This document shows positions 8,209 to 18,096 of a stretch of DNA of 46,646 bases, piece after piece. The DNA is from Gemmatimonadota bacterium (GTDB taxonomy: Bacteria; Gemmatimonadota; Gemmatimonadetes; Gemmatimonadales; Gemmatimonadaceae). The position numbers and the translations under genes were made by a program. The first letter of the stretch is position 1. Every line of letters starts with the position of its first letter. The stretch spans positions 1 to 46,646 of the forward strand of contig JAZJZK010000043.1 in the NCBI GenBank assembly GCA_040389905.1. The letters are read 5' to 3'. The notes under the pieces were generated by a model. That model was not told the DNA's origin and did not search any database. It saw only the letters and a list, made by a program, of their open reading frames with translations.

Positions 8209-9309
8209 TCACAGGCTCCTTGCGTAGTCGTGCACAGCCTCGATGATCTTCGATTGATCGCTCTCGGTCAATTCCGGGTAGCTAGGTAAGAGGAAGGCTT
8301 CGCGGTGGAGCAAGTCGGCGACCTTGGTTGAGCCGCACTGCACGTCGCGTAGGTGCTTGTGTTTGGTGATGGGGTGGAACATCGGCCGGATCTCGATGCC
8401 GCACATGCTCATGAAGCTTTCAGCGGCGTAGAAACTGGGCGAGCCTTTGACGCGCACGCCCATCATCCAGTTGGACGAGACCGTGCCTGATTCGGTCTCC
8501 TGCACCATGACCTTGGCGGTTGGCAGCTCTGAGCGGTAGATCGCGAAGACGTCATCCTTGAGCGTGAGGATTTGCTCGCGGTGCACGAGCTGTCCGTAGA
8601 GCAGCGCCGCCTGCACGTTGGTCATGCGGTAGTTGAAGCCCATTCGGTCGTGCACATAACGCTCGTCGGTCTGACCCTGATTCGCGGTGCTCTTGGCGAA
8701 CGCGAACGCGTCGTCGTCCGAGGTCACGAACGCGCCACCTTCGCCGGAGGTGATCGTTTTGTTGGCGAAGAACGATAGCGAGCTCGCGAACGCGGCCGAG
8801 CCAGTGGGCTTATCCTCGTAGGTGCCGAAGAGACCTTCGCAGTTGTCCTCTATGATGACGTGGTGAGGGTATCGACTCTGCAGCGCTGGCACATTCACGA
8901 CTCCGCCGATATTGTGGACGACGAGAATGGCAGAACCACCGTCGTGCATCTGTTGCAGATTAGAGTGGTAAGTTTGCCAGGTACGCAAATCTGCGTCGAC
9001 CGGATGCAGCGCTCTGTGAAGGTATTCCTGCAAGAATGTGTTCCACGCAGCCACATACACGTTGTTAGGCACGAAAATATTTTGAACGTGCGATCGGCAG
9101 TGTTGGAGGGACATCGCCACCAGATGTCCCGCAGCCGTGCCACTCGAAGTGAGCAAAACATGTTTGTAGCCAAAGACTTCTTTCAATTTCTCGGTCGCCT
9201 GCTCGATGAACGGGCCGCGGGATGAGATCCAGCCAGAGGAGATGGCCTCGTGCGCGTACTTCGTCACGTGCTCGGGCAGATAAGGACGGTAGATCGGGAT
9301 TAGAGACAC
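8209..9309 (-). CDS. DegT/DnrJ/EryC1/StrS PLP-dependent sugar aminotransferase (perosamine/viosamine synthase-like)
   Basis: SGWISSRG, SSGTAA, IIEDNCE, SFFANKTITSGEGG (PLP lysine), GFNYRMTNVQAA, LPSYPEL. Confidence 0.93.
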   Translation of the reverse strand: MSLIPIYRPYLPEHVTKYAHEAISSGWISSRGPFIEQATEKLKEVFGYKHVLLTSSGTAAGHLVAMSLQHCRSHVQNIFVPNNVYVAAWNTFLQEYLHRALHPVDADLRTWQTYHSNLQQMHDGGSAILVVHNIGGVVNVPALQSRYPHHVIIEDNCEGLFGTYEDKPTGSAAFASSLSFFANKTITSGEGGAFVTSDDDAFAFAKSTANQGQTDERYVHDRMGFNYRMTNVQAALLYGQLVHREQILTLKDDVFAIYRSELPTAKVMVQETESGTVSSNWMMGVRVKGSPSFYAAESFMSMCGIEIRPMFHPITKHKHLRDVQCGSTKVADLLHREAFLLPSYPELTESDQSKIIEAVHDYARSL

Positions 9310-10343
9310 AGCGCCCTCCACTTCTCACCGAGCGCGTTCCACGAGTACTCGCGCTCGACCAAGTCAGCCACCTGGCGCGACTTCCTTTCCATGTTCCAGC
9401 CGCAGACGAAACTTAGCTTCTCCGCGCCCCAATCCGTGTCGACGATGGCGTACGGTGCCGCGAGCGGGGACGGCTCGTAACGAGCCACCTTCAGGAGCAT
9501 GAAGTCGCCGTTCATCTGGTGCTCGTACTCGTTGATCGGCGGCGAGTCGGTCACCAGTGCAGGTATCCCGCGAGCCATTGCTTCTAAAACCACTAGTGCG
9601 TGTCCTTCAATTTTCGACGGACACAACAACAGGTCGGGCTCGTACGTGGCGTAAATGTCGTCGGCGCGCTCCAGGAACTGGTTCGACCAGATGATGCCGT
9701 CGGGCGACTTCATGAGCAAGGCCGCGAGCTCGGGCGTTGGTGGTTTCCACGCGTGAATGATGAGCGTCACGCCCTTCTTCCCCAGCCCCGACTTCTGGAA
9801 CATTTCGATGGCCTGGTACGTGCCCTTGCGCAGGTTGCCGCCGAGCGAGCCGGCGTTGTGCAGGATCGTTTTGACGGACGTGACCACGCGTTTGGTGGAG
9901 CCGTTGGTCTCGACCGGCCAGGGGAGATACTGGAGCGTCTGAAATTGGTTCTCTTTCGGAGACATCGTTTGATAAGTGTGTTTGGTGACACATACGATGC
10001 TGTCCGCGAACTGTGCCTCGAGCGGAACCGACCCTTGTTCCCACATCGGCACGTAGATCGTCTCGACTGATTCGACGACTCGCGTATGTCGCGCAAGCCC
10101 GTACGAACTCTCGATGTAGACGAACTTCTTTTCCAACCCCTGGGACAGGTTCAGAGCCGACCGCGGAATCTCGTCATCGAACACGTCCAGCCGGCAGCGA
10201 GACGGGAACTTCAAATCGATCTTGAGCGACGGATCCCGGCGCACGCCGATGATGCGGGTGATCTCAGGGACGTGCTCAGCCAAGGCTTGGCCCATTATTC
10301 CCAAGCCAATTCCTTGAATCGTAGTGATGAGCGTGGTTGGCAT
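9300..10343 (-). CDS. GT-B glycosyltransferase (GT4-like)
   Basis: RKG...DLLLCPSKIEGHALVVLEAMARGIPALVTD (ExxxxxxxE), YSW near C-terminus. Confidence 0.88.
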   Translation of the reverse strand: MPTTLITTIQGIGLGIMGQALAEHVPEITRIIGVRRDPSLKIDLKFPSRCRLDVFDDEIPRSALNLSQGLEKKFVYIESSYGLARHTRVVESVETIYVPMWEQGSVPLEAQFADSIVCVTKHTYQTMSPKENQFQTLQYLPWPVETNGSTKRVVTSVKTILHNAGSLGGNLRKGTYQAIEMFQKSGLGKKGVTLIIHAWKPPTPELAALLMKSPDGIIWSNQFLERADDIYATYEPDLLLCPSKIEGHALVVLEAMARGIPALVTDSPPINEYEHQMNGDFMLLKVARYEPSPLAAPYAIVDTDWGAEKLSFVCGWNMERKSRQVADLVEREYSWNALGEKWRALCL

Positions 10344-10375
10344 TTCGGCAGTTTAGCAAATTTGAAATTTCAAAT

Positions 10376-11014
10376 CTAACAAATTACGTCGACGTCGGTC
10401 AGCTCGTATCGTTTGCCAGTGTTGCGCGTGAAAAAATCATGAAAGTTGACCACGCTCGTAGCAGCGGCGCGTACTTGGAACAAGTACGAGAGCATGACGT
10501 CGTCCGAAGGGCTTACATCGATCGCCATGATTGGTTCACACAGCGCGTGGAGCTCGTCCCTCGACACAGACACTGCCTTGTGGAAGAGCGCGCCGTGGGC
10601 GACCATCACCATGCCGCTCATGTGGTTGAACGATGCTCCTGGAATGACCGTGGGGTTGTGGTCAGCGAAGCCTTTCGTCTCGCCAGGCTGGCACTCGAGC
10701 GCGGCGATGAGCTTCGGGTTGACGAAGACCACGTCCGAGTCGATGTTCGCGAAGGTGTCGTCTTCGCCGACGATTGCCAGCATCTGCTGATGACACGCCC
10801 AGCGGTTGAGCGCTCCACCGCGCCCGAGTCCGTTGTCGCCGCCGTTGGGTTTCGGGCGAAGGTTCACATCGTCGTCGAGACCTACTTTGAAACGTTCAAA
10901 CTCTAGCTCTTCGACGAATAGGTAGTGGTCGATGTTGTGCTCACGCAACTGGCGGTTGAGTCGCAGCACCATGTCGCGGTCGCGCAGGCACGTGGAGGAC
11001 ATGGCCCGGATCAT
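10376..11014 (-). CDS. Putative GT-A glycosyltransferase
   Basis: FANIDSDVVF (DxD), SG, DDVMLS motifs as in galactosyltransferase-like GT-A enzymes. Confidence 0.6.
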   Translation of the reverse strand: MIRAMSSTCLRDRDMVLRLNRQLREHNIDHYLFVEELEFERFKVGLDDDVNLRPKPNGGDNGLGRGGALNRWACHQQMLAIVGEDDTFANIDSDVVFVNPKLIAALECQPGETKGFADHNPTVIPGASFNHMSGMVMVAHGALFHKAVSVSRDELHALCEPIMAIDVSPSDDVMLSYLFQVRAAATSVVNFHDFFTRNTGKRYELTDVDVIC

Positions 11015-11901
11015 AATTCGCTCGCTTTCTCGCGGATGCGTTCGATCCAGTAGCTGAGCCTAAATCTATCGAGGCTGAGGTTCAGGCTCAGTACGAAGTC
11101 TCGCGATGGCGCTTCGTGCATAGAGGTCCAGTCGGGGACGATGTAGATAGGCATGTCACACCACTGCGCCTGCCTCGGCGTGCAAATCGGAATGCATCCC
11201 AGCGCCAACCCTTCCCACATCGCCTGTCGTTCAATTCCACCATCGGCATTGCCGTCGCCCGAGGCCGCGACGAAGAAGTCGTGCGAGCGCAGAGCTCGTA
11301 AGTAGCCGTCGTTCGTCATTGGGTACTGGTTGTCCGGCGCCTCGTACACGGTCGCCCAGGGTTTGTCGCGGAAGTACGCGTTTGCGGTCCTGCGTTCGTG
11401 CCCTGGGCGAAACCAGTGCAGGTTCTGGTGCGCGACCAAGACCTTGTTGACGCTCGTGCGCGGGATGGTGGCGATGATGTTTTCCAGGCCCTCAACCTGG
11501 GATGCCCAGCGCAGCGCGAACGGCATGGACGTGATACGTGGGTGATCCGGGGCGTAGACCGCGAACATGTGGTGGATGTAGGAGGGCAGGTCGCGCCTGC
11601 CGAGGATGTGCTCGAGTTTGGCGTCGCCGTCGCGGGCGATGATGACGTAATGTCCGTTGGAGTACCGTTGTTCGAGATTTCTGAGTACGTCCGGCAACTC
11701 GCGTTGGAACACGGCCACGACCGCCTTTTGCGGCAGATCCCAGCTACTGTTTCCTTCACGCGGTGAGTCGCCCTCTGCCAAGCGAAGATTGCCCCCTGTC
11801 GGCGAACGCCAGCCCTTGTTCCAGATGTAGTCGACGACCTCGAGCAAGCCCTCGGTGTGCAGAACGTCGAGATGGCCGCGGTAGAGTCTGAGGTCGATCA
11901 T
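11011..11901 (-). CDS. Putative glycosyltransferase (exostosin/GT47-like C-terminus)
   Basis: YLRALRSHDFFVAASGDG...RQAMWEGLALGCIPI resembles exostosin Y...S.F...P.G...R.WEAL..GCIPI. Confidence 0.65.
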   Translation of the reverse strand: MIDLRLYRGHLDVLHTEGLLEVVDYIWNKGWRSPTGGNLRLAEGDSPREGNSSWDLPQKAVVAVFQRELPDVLRNLEQRYSNGHYVIIARDGDAKLEHILGRRDLPSYIHHMFAVYAPDHPRITSMPFALRWASQVEGLENIIATIPRTSVNKVLVAHQNLHWFRPGHERRTANAYFRDKPWATVYEAPDNQYPMTNDGYLRALRSHDFFVAASGDGNADGGIERQAMWEGLALGCIPICTPRQAQWCDMPIYIVPDWTSMHEAPSRDFVLSLNLSLDRFRLSYWIERIREKASEL

Positions 11902-12200
11902 TGTCCACCTTTGAAGACGAAACGGTTGATATTTGCTTTTGCACGCTCGCGACCTACTTTCGAAAAACTTTTCTTACGCTCTTCGCGCGCGGCCTGCAGT
12001 TTTGCAGACACAATCAACGCCAATTCGTACATCTCGGCCGGTTCTCCCTTGCACTGTTCAGGATTGTTGATGAGCAAGTCAGAACAGTATTCGGCCAACG
12101 TGATAGCAGCCAGTATGACCGTAGAAACTGGTTCTCCGACTGCTGCTTGTGAGAACTTCCCTACGAGTGGTGGCATTCGATCGATAGCGTCCTTAGACAT
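11898..12200 (-). CDS. Hypothetical protein (lower GC)
   Basis: ORF fills the gap exactly between coupled genes. Confidence 0.5.
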   Translation of the reverse strand: MSKDAIDRMPPLVGKFSQAAVGEPVSTVILAAITLAEYCSDLLINNPEQCKGEPAEMYELALIVSAKLQAAREERKKSFSKVGRERAKANINRFVFKGGQ

Positions 12201-13001
12201 CTACTTCTCCACGCCGTACGGGTCAGCGAAAATCTCGCGCGTCATCGAGACGACGCTCGTCCACGGGCGCATATATCTAAAATGTCGTTTGTATTTGAAC
12301 GACTCCAGGATGTCCCACACGCCATAGCCAAATTCCTCGGTGTCGTGAACTACGATGTACTCGGCCTTGTCCCTGGCGCGCTCGATAGCGGCCTTGCGCG
12401 TCTCACCGGGCGCGTGGTCGACGAATACGACTCCCCAGTGTGGCTGTGAGGGTTGCTCGGGAAGAAACTTCGCCGGGTCTATAAGTGCGTGAAAGCGATG
12501 TCTGTTGTTGGCCAAATGTGAAAACTTATTCAACCAATCTCTGTTGTTGTCTATCGAATAGAGCATTCTTTCGTCACCAACGCTGCACACCACCTCGTGC
12601 AGCATCGGCGTAGAACCCTCACCGCAACCGAGCTCGAGCACCGGACCGGTCGTGAGCTTGACCGCCTCCTCGAGATAGCGAGCGTGCGAGCCGTAGGTGT
12701 TGCCGTCGTAGTGCGATTTCACCCAGCACCGCTCGCCGGGTTCCAGTCCCGCCGGTTCCCAGAAGCGCCAGTCGTAGTCCGCGAGACATTCGGCAACCTT
12801 TTTGATGGTCGGGCCTGCACTGGTCAAGCCTTTGATGACCGCGACCGTGCCGTAAGCGAAATATTCGCCCCACATAATCATTCGAAGAATATCTTTTTCG
12901 TCGCCATAAAGCAGGTTCGGCAACTTGATCGGGAATGTTTCATTGAAACCGAAAACCCCGCCGACCGGTCGCACTTCCCTTTTCAGAAGCTCGATGTTCA
13001 T
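12201..13001 (-). CDS. SAM-dependent methyltransferase-like protein with N-terminal extra domain
   Basis: VLELGCGEGST...SIDN...VFVDHAPG...IVVHDTE. Confidence 0.8.
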   Translation of the reverse strand: MNIELLKREVRPVGGVFGFNETFPIKLPNLLYGDEKDILRMIMWGEYFAYGTVAVIKGLTSAGPTIKKVAECLADYDWRFWEPAGLEPGERCWVKSHYDGNTYGSHARYLEEAVKLTTGPVLELGCGEGSTPMLHEVVCSVGDERMLYSIDNNRDWLNKFSHLANNRHRFHALIDPAKFLPEQPSQPHWGVVFVDHAPGETRKAAIERARDKAEYIVVHDTEEFGYGVWDILESFKYKRHFRYMRPWTSVVSMTREIFADPYGVEK

Positions 13002-13259
13002 GCTCTAACGTATTCCTTTCGCGTCGAGGATTGCTTACGATGGCACCTCGTACATTCATCGACTGTCAGTATTTCGATTATCGTAACCTTTTGGCCATCC
13101 ACAAAACGAAGGTCGCCGCTGATGAAACTTGTGCGCGGTGCATTCGGGACGTCGGCCAAGTACACGTCACGGTGGAAATCGTGCCGACAAAAGCCAGCGT
13201 CCGAACCGCGAAACGCGCTGCACTGCAGGCTGCACCGGCTCTTCACGATAGGGATGCAT
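12998..13259 (-). pseudogene. Small Cys-containing protein, apparently split by a frameshift
   Basis: ATG 13259 (TGATG, GGAGG RBS) reads MHPYREEP...RFGRWL and stops at 13167; the adjacent frame continues CRHDFH...CTRC to 12998; junction at a T4 run (13189-13192). Confidence 0.45.
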
Positions 13260-14281
13260 CACTTCCCCGCCTCCACATATTCGTTTCGGTACCCTCGCGC
13301 CCAAGTACCGTGCTCGGGTATGTACGCGTCGATGAGCATGAGCAGTCGCATCCAGTTGTCGTCGGCAAACGGCGCGCGAAACACGTGCGCGTCGGTCCAG
13401 CGCGCTGGATCTGCGAGACGAAGTCGGGCACCACCTTCAGCGAAAGTCTGCGCCACCCACGACTCGTACACGCTGCGGCACAGCCTGTCCACCGGCGGAT
13501 GTCCGCGGCGGCCGACGAACAGAACGTCTCCGCTCGCGTGCGTGCCACCGTCATCCGGCGGCGTGCCGGTCGGGAACCACGGCTGCCTGCACAGGTTCGC
13601 GGTCATGATGTCCTGGTCGCTCATCCAGGTGTTGAAGCTGTCGGCGGGGTACGTGCGGAACCAGATGTCGAGCGTGCGTTTTACCGCGTCGTAGAGGTTC
13701 TCGCCGACGTTCAAGCCGTAGGTCTCGCGCCAGTCTTTGGCGCGCATGGCGACGTGGCAGGTGGGGATCGTCTGCGTGCGCTTACCAGCGGCGATGGCTT
13801 TCAAGAACGCGGTCTTTCCTACGAAGTGGTCCCCGTTCCAGTAGTAGGACACGGCGCGATAGGGAGAGTTCTCGTGCTGGGTGTAGAACTCTGGGCGCAG
13901 TGGCCACAGGTCCGCATCTGCGGGCATGACCCAGTCGTTCTCATCGATCACGAGCTCGGTATCGAACTTGTTGCCGAAGTCAGAGACGATGCGCAGCCCA
14001 GCCGCATGCTGCCGGACGTTCTGAGCCATCGTCGCGATGGGATAGCCGTCGATCGCCGACACGCTGTAGGTCGGGATGCGGTGCGCGATCAGCTGGTCGA
14101 ACGTGACCTTGGTCTTCGGATCATTCGACCACGCGAGCGAGCCGCTGTCCTTGTGGTCGCCGACGATGATGGCGAGCGGCTCAAACCCGACGCGCCGCCA
14201 GAAGAGCGCGGTGATGGGTAAGAGGAACGAGTAGTCCGAGGTCTGCGAGCAGCCCAGGGCCACAATCGTGCGGTCGCTCAT
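13259..14281 (-). CDS. Putative glycosyltransferase, paralog of 5822..6763
   Basis: DYSFLLP..WR..GFEP, WVMPADADLWPL, YYWNGD, SDQ, DAHVF are shared with the paralog. Confidence 0.65.
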   Translation of the reverse strand: MSDRTIVALGCSQTSDYSFLLPITALFWRRVGFEPLAIIVGDHKDSGSLAWSNDPKTKVTFDQLIAHRIPTYSVSAIDGYPIATMAQNVRQHAAGLRIVSDFGNKFDTELVIDENDWVMPADADLWPLRPEFYTQHENSPYRAVSYYWNGDHFVGKTAFLKAIAAGKRTQTIPTCHVAMRAKDWRETYGLNVGENLYDAVKRTLDIWFRTYPADSFNTWMSDQDIMTANLCRQPWFPTGTPPDDGGTHASGDVLFVGRRGHPPVDRLCRSVYESWVAQTFAEGGARLRLADPARWTDAHVFRAPFADDNWMRLLMLIDAYIPEHGTWARGYRNEYVEAGK

Positions 14282-15225
14282 TACAGTGCCTCCAGGCGAA
14301 GTCGGTACCATTCGATGGTCTTCTCGAGTCCCTGCGCAATGGTGTGTGCGGGTTTCCAGCCGAGCACGTTATGCACTTTGTCGATGTTGAGCACCTGCTC
14401 GTCGATCTCTACTGGTGGCCACCCTGCCGCGACCATTTCACCGTATGTGCGCTGACCTTCTTCGAAAACCGGCTGCAACCTTGACCCCATCACCTTCAGG
14501 ACGGTGTCGACGACCTCGATCACCGACGTTCCGACGCCTGTACCAAAGTTGAAAGCTCCGGTCACGGTCGCGTCGGCGAGCCGCAGGTACCCGTCGACCG
14601 CGTCGCCGACGTAGAGCCAGTCGCGTTTTGGGCCGCCGTTCGAACGCAGCCGCGGGCGCTCTCCCTTCAAGATACTGCGGATGGTGCCGGGAATGAGCGT
14701 GGACCAGTTGGTGTGGCCAGGACCGAAAAGGTTGCCACAGCGGGTGATCGCGACCGACATCCCGTACTCGCGCGCATAGGACTGCGCGAGCATGTCGGCA
14801 CACGCCTTCGACGTCGCGTAGATGCCGTTAGGGCGCAGCGGCTGGTCTTCACGATAGGGCGTTGGGCCGTCGCCGTACGATTTGTCCGAGCTGGCGACGA
14901 TGACGCGCCCGACTTTCTGCCGTCGACACGCCTCGAGCACCTGCCAGGTGCCTTGGACGTTGGCCTCAAGAGTGCCGACGGGGTCGGCGAACGACACGCT
15001 CACCTGTGTCTGAGCTGCTAGATGGAACACGGTGTCGATTTCGTACTCGGCTATGACGCGCTCGACCTGATCGAAAGAGCCGAACACGATCGCATTAGCG
15101 CTCGATTTTCGCGCGGTGCGGTTGTAGTCGCGCACGAGGCCGACGACGAAATCATCCCTGTCGAACAGGTAATCGACGAGATGCTGGCCGAGAAACCCGC
15201 TGGCGCCGGTCACAAGAGCGCGCAT
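14281..15225 (-). CDS. NAD-dependent sugar epimerase/dehydratase (CDP-glucose 4,6-dehydratase RfbG-like SDR)
   Basis: VTGASGFLG, FHLAAQ, ASSDKSYG, YATSKAC (YxxxK), RCGNLFGPG, RDWLYV. Confidence 0.92.
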   Translation of the reverse strand: MRALVTGASGFLGQHLVDYLFDRDDFVVGLVRDYNRTARKSSANAIVFGSFDQVERVIAEYEIDTVFHLAAQTQVSVSFADPVGTLEANVQGTWQVLEACRRQKVGRVIVASSDKSYGDGPTPYREDQPLRPNGIYATSKACADMLAQSYAREYGMSVAITRCGNLFGPGHTNWSTLIPGTIRSILKGERPRLRSNGGPKRDWLYVGDAVDGYLRLADATVTGAFNFGTGVGTSVIEVVDTVLKVMGSRLQPVFEEGQRTYGEMVAAGWPPVEIDEQVLNIDKVHNVLGWKPAHTIAQGLEKTIEWYRLRLEAL

Positions 15226-15413
15226 TATTCGAATTCCCCCTTGATGTCGTCGTTCTTCACCGACTCGATCCAGCGACGAACGTGGTAATTGAAGTGCCGA
15301 TACATCTCTTCGACCTGCTCAGGAGTGAAATTCGGTGGCATCCGAAATCCTGCGGCATCTAACGCCGTCGTCAGTCGCCGGAAATCACTCTCCTTCAAAA
15401 CATAAACTCTCAT
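15225..15413 (-). CDS. Hypothetical small protein
   Basis: Coupled at both ends (ATGA, TAATG). Confidence 0.55.
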   Translation of the reverse strand: MRVYVLKESDFRRLTTALDAAGFRMPPNFTPEQVEEMYRHFNYHVRRWIESVKNDDIKGEFE

Positions 15414-16102
15414 TTCCAAACCTCTTCCGCATGCTGCAGGTCCGCAAGCGAGTTCACGGTCGCGCGCTTGCCCTCGAAGTAGAAAACGCGCGCACCCCCG
15501 CCAACACGTTCGCGTGAAATGGTGTTGATCCAGTCCGAGAGGCCGTCTTCAGGCTTGAGCCACTGCCAGCACTCAGGCTCGACGATGGCGAACCCGACGT
15601 TCACCCAGCGTGCCTGGTCCTCGACGATGACCGATCTACTGCCCGCGTTCTCTTCGTATGGATCCTCCACCACCGTACCGCCAGGGGTGCTCGACTTGGC
15701 TGCGACGAAGGTGAGGCTGGCAAGGCTGGCACAGTTGTGCGCCTGCAGGAGCGCCTCGATGTTGACGTCGACGAGCTCGTCGCCGTAGCAGATGATGACG
15801 CGCCCGCCGTCGGTCAGCTCGCGAGCTTTGCGTAGTCGTTCGCCCATCGGTGCGTCCTCGCCAGCGTTGGAAGTGAGCACGTTGCTTGATGCGCCGTCCC
15901 AAACGTGTGCATTAAGCGATGCTTCAATATCAGATGCGCGGTAGCCGGCGCACACAACTACGCGATCGATTTCGTCACCGGAAAAAAGATGTGACAGTAA
16001 ACGCTGCAAAATCGTCACGCCGTTGATCGGCAAGAGGCACTTGGGCGCGTGCCACGGCTGCAGGCGCGAGCCCTTGCCACCTGCGAGGATGATCGCGTTC
16101 AT
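15410..16102 (-). CDS. Sugar-1-phosphate nucleotidyltransferase (RfbF/NTP_transferase-like)
   Basis: MNAIILAGGKGSRL...PKCLLPING...IICYGD...VNS. Confidence 0.9.
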   Translation of the reverse strand: MNAIILAGGKGSRLQPWHAPKCLLPINGVTILQRLLSHLFSGDEIDRVVVCAGYRASDIEASLNAHVWDGASSNVLTSNAGEDAPMGERLRKARELTDGGRVIICYGDELVDVNIEALLQAHNCASLASLTFVAAKSSTPGGTVVEDPYEENAGSRSVIVEDQARWVNVGFAIVEPECWQWLKPEDGLSDWINTISRERVGGGARVFYFEGKRATVNSLADLQHAEEVWK

Positions 16103-16500
16103 CAATAAGCCCCCTGTTCGACGACCTGCACGAGCTTGCCGTCGCGAATGATCCACACGCCGAACGCTCCGTAACCTTGTTCTTGGACGAAAAGGCGAAA
16201 CAGGTGTGGCTCTTTCCACTTCATCTCGCCGATCGCAGCGATGAAGTCTTTGAGCGGTAAGTAGTTGAACGCGGCTGCGAGCACTGTCGTTTCCGGGAGC
16301 TTACTGCCGCCCCAGTTGCTGCCTGCGGAATAGTGCTTGTTCGAGTCGGTGATCTCCGAAAAAATCTGCCCGTCGGCCAGCTTCCTGACGAGCGCCTGAA
16401 TCGCTTCGAGGTTTTTGAAGTCGGTGCCGAACTCCTCATCCTCTTCTTTGTCGCCGTCGGCGCCGGAGAACTGCATCATGACGTTGGTGACGAGGCTCAT
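16102..16500 (-). CDS. Hypothetical protein
   Basis: Coupled ORF; WGGSK...AAAFNYL motif; function unknown. Confidence 0.65.
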   Translation of the reverse strand: MSLVTNVMMQFSGADGDKEEDEEFGTDFKNLEAIQALVRKLADGQIFSEITDSNKHYSAGSNWGGSKLPETTVLAAAFNYLPLKDFIAAIGEMKWKEPHLFRLFVQEQGYGAFGVWIIRDGKLVQVVEQGAY

Positions 16501-17384
16501 GATTCACACTCCTTCACGAGCTTGGTGATGGTCGGGTCGCCATGCTGCTCCCAGAACGCGCGGGCGCGCTCGATTTCGTAACCGGCCGCGCCAAGGTGGT
16601 TGGCGAGGAGGTCGGCCTGTTCGAGCAGGCTCAGCACAGGTGGTTGGGACATCTGCATCTGCGCTTCGTGCGAAAACCACGACTTCCCCTTGTCAGGCAT
16701 CGGCGACGACCACGACCGGCAGCGGTACACCCCAGCCTTGCGCGCAGGGTACTTCCCCGGCCCCGCGTGCCAGCCGTTGTACCGGTGCTCCAGCAGCGTC
16801 GGACCGTCCGGGCGGTCGATTAGGCGGTTGAGCACGTGCTGGTCAGTGCCGTGCTGCGCCCACTCTCTCTCGGACTTTGCCGCGAACATGTAGAGGTCGT
16901 CGAGCGAACTCAGCTTCGTGGCGTTCTTGAAGGCCGCGGTTTGAAAGTGACAGAGACCTCCCATAATTCCTGTGTGGGATGAGCTGTCATGAATGACGCC
17001 AGCAGCGCAGTTCGACGCGATGAAGACGTCGCACACCGCGCGGTCCCGCGGCATGGGGATGCAGTCGATGTCGCGACAGAAAACGTAGTCGATGCCAGGC
17101 TCAAACACGGGCGCCATTCGCCAGAGCATGCTGTGGGTGAGTACGGCCGCACCCATAGTAGCAAGTTCGAGCAGACCTTCGTACTTCATGCGTGCCAGGA
17201 TGCGCCCGTACTCACCTGCGAGCGTGGTGTCGTCAATGTGCACGTGGAGTGCCCAGCCCTGCTCGCGCGGGAATAGGTTCGCGTGCGCGAGCACGAACGT
17301 CTGCAAGTACGCGTGGTAGTTCTGTCCACTGCCATCCTTGCGCGTGGCGTCGCCGAAGAGCGCGATGGAGACGACCTTTTTCAT
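16497..17384 (-). CDS. Putative GT-A-like glycosyltransferase
   Basis: KKVVSIALFG...MLWRMAP...FCRDIDC (DxD)...IHD...MGGL...TDQHVL. Confidence 0.65.
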   Translation of the reverse strand: MKKVVSIALFGDATRKDGSGQNYHAYLQTFVLAHANLFPREQGWALHVHIDDTTLAGEYGRILARMKYEGLLELATMGAAVLTHSMLWRMAPVFEPGIDYVFCRDIDCIPMPRDRAVCDVFIASNCAAGVIHDSSSHTGIMGGLCHFQTAAFKNATKLSSLDDLYMFAAKSEREWAQHGTDQHVLNRLIDRPDGPTLLEHRYNGWHAGPGKYPARKAGVYRCRSWSSPMPDKGKSWFSHEAQMQMSQPPVLSLLEQADLLANHLGAAGYEIERARAFWEQHGDPTITKLVKECES

Positions 17385-17635
17385 TTTCCACCTTTCTTCA
17401 TCGCCAACGTGGCCAACGTGATCTTCTCCCGCGACATACCCACCAGCTCGGCAAGCTCCCGGTGCTTGAACTTGCGTCTGCCCCACGCCTCCTCGAGCAA
17501 AGGCAGCGCAATCGCCAAACGGTTAGTCGCCGTGTACTCGTAGAGGATACGGACCATGTTGATCAGCGAGATTCTGTACTTCTCGGAGATCTCAATAACA
17601 CCCTCCATCGACAACTTTTTCAGCCCGCAATTCAT
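17381..17635 (-). CDS. Small protein with CRP-type HTH
   Basis: FKHRELAELVGMSREKIT matches the CRP/FNR HTH (ELA..VG.SRE). Confidence 0.7.
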   Translation of the reverse strand: MNCGLKKLSMEGVIEISEKYRISLINMVRILYEYTATNRLAIALPLLEEAWGRRKFKHRELAELVGMSREKITLATLAMKKGGK

Positions 17636-18093
17636 GAGCGGCCCACCTCGCGAGAGAGCAAGGCGATGCGTCCGAGCCACGTCTCGCCCGCCTCCACGAT
17701 CTCTTTGTGCCCGGCCAGAAGGTTGTGGATGGTGAACTCGTCCACGCGCCCGTTGTTGGCGTAGCGCAGGCGAATCGCGAGGTGCCCGCCCTCGGGTGCC
17801 TTCGTCAGCTCGCAGCGGCAGTCAGCGGAGATGAACAGGAAGAAGTCCTCGCCGAAGCCGACCGCATATTCAAACGTCTGTTTGACGTGCTCGTACAAGT
17901 ATGCAGGCACATTCGCGCGGTCCTCTGCCGGCGGTTCGAGAAAGCCGTCGTCCATGAACGTCTCGTCGGTGACCAGGAACGGGCAATCTGCGTCGGCACT
18001 GTTGAGGAGGTACCCGTAGAAGGAGAAGGGTTTACCACAGCGTGTTTTGTCGTGGTTGAGGCGGTCGCGCTCGACCATTTCCGAAATTGTCAT
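17632..18093 (-). CDS. Hypothetical protein
   Basis: ORF directly downstream of a promoter; coupled to the HTH gene. Confidence 0.65.
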   Translation of the reverse strand: MTISEMVERDRLNHDKTRCGKPFSFYGYLLNSADADCPFLVTDETFMDDGFLEPPAEDRANVPAYLYEHVKQTFEYAVGFGEDFFLFISADCRCELTKAPEGGHLAIRLRYANNGRVDEFTIHNLLAGHKEIVEAGETWLGRIALLSREVGRS

Positions 18094-18096
18094 CGT

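Noticed and set aside
12597..14221. Long plus-strand ORFs (365 and 396 aa); the 426-aa ORF at 23894..25174 is similar
   Set aside because: Fully overlap motif-bearing or coupled minus-strand genes; stop-codon scarcity from high GC explains them
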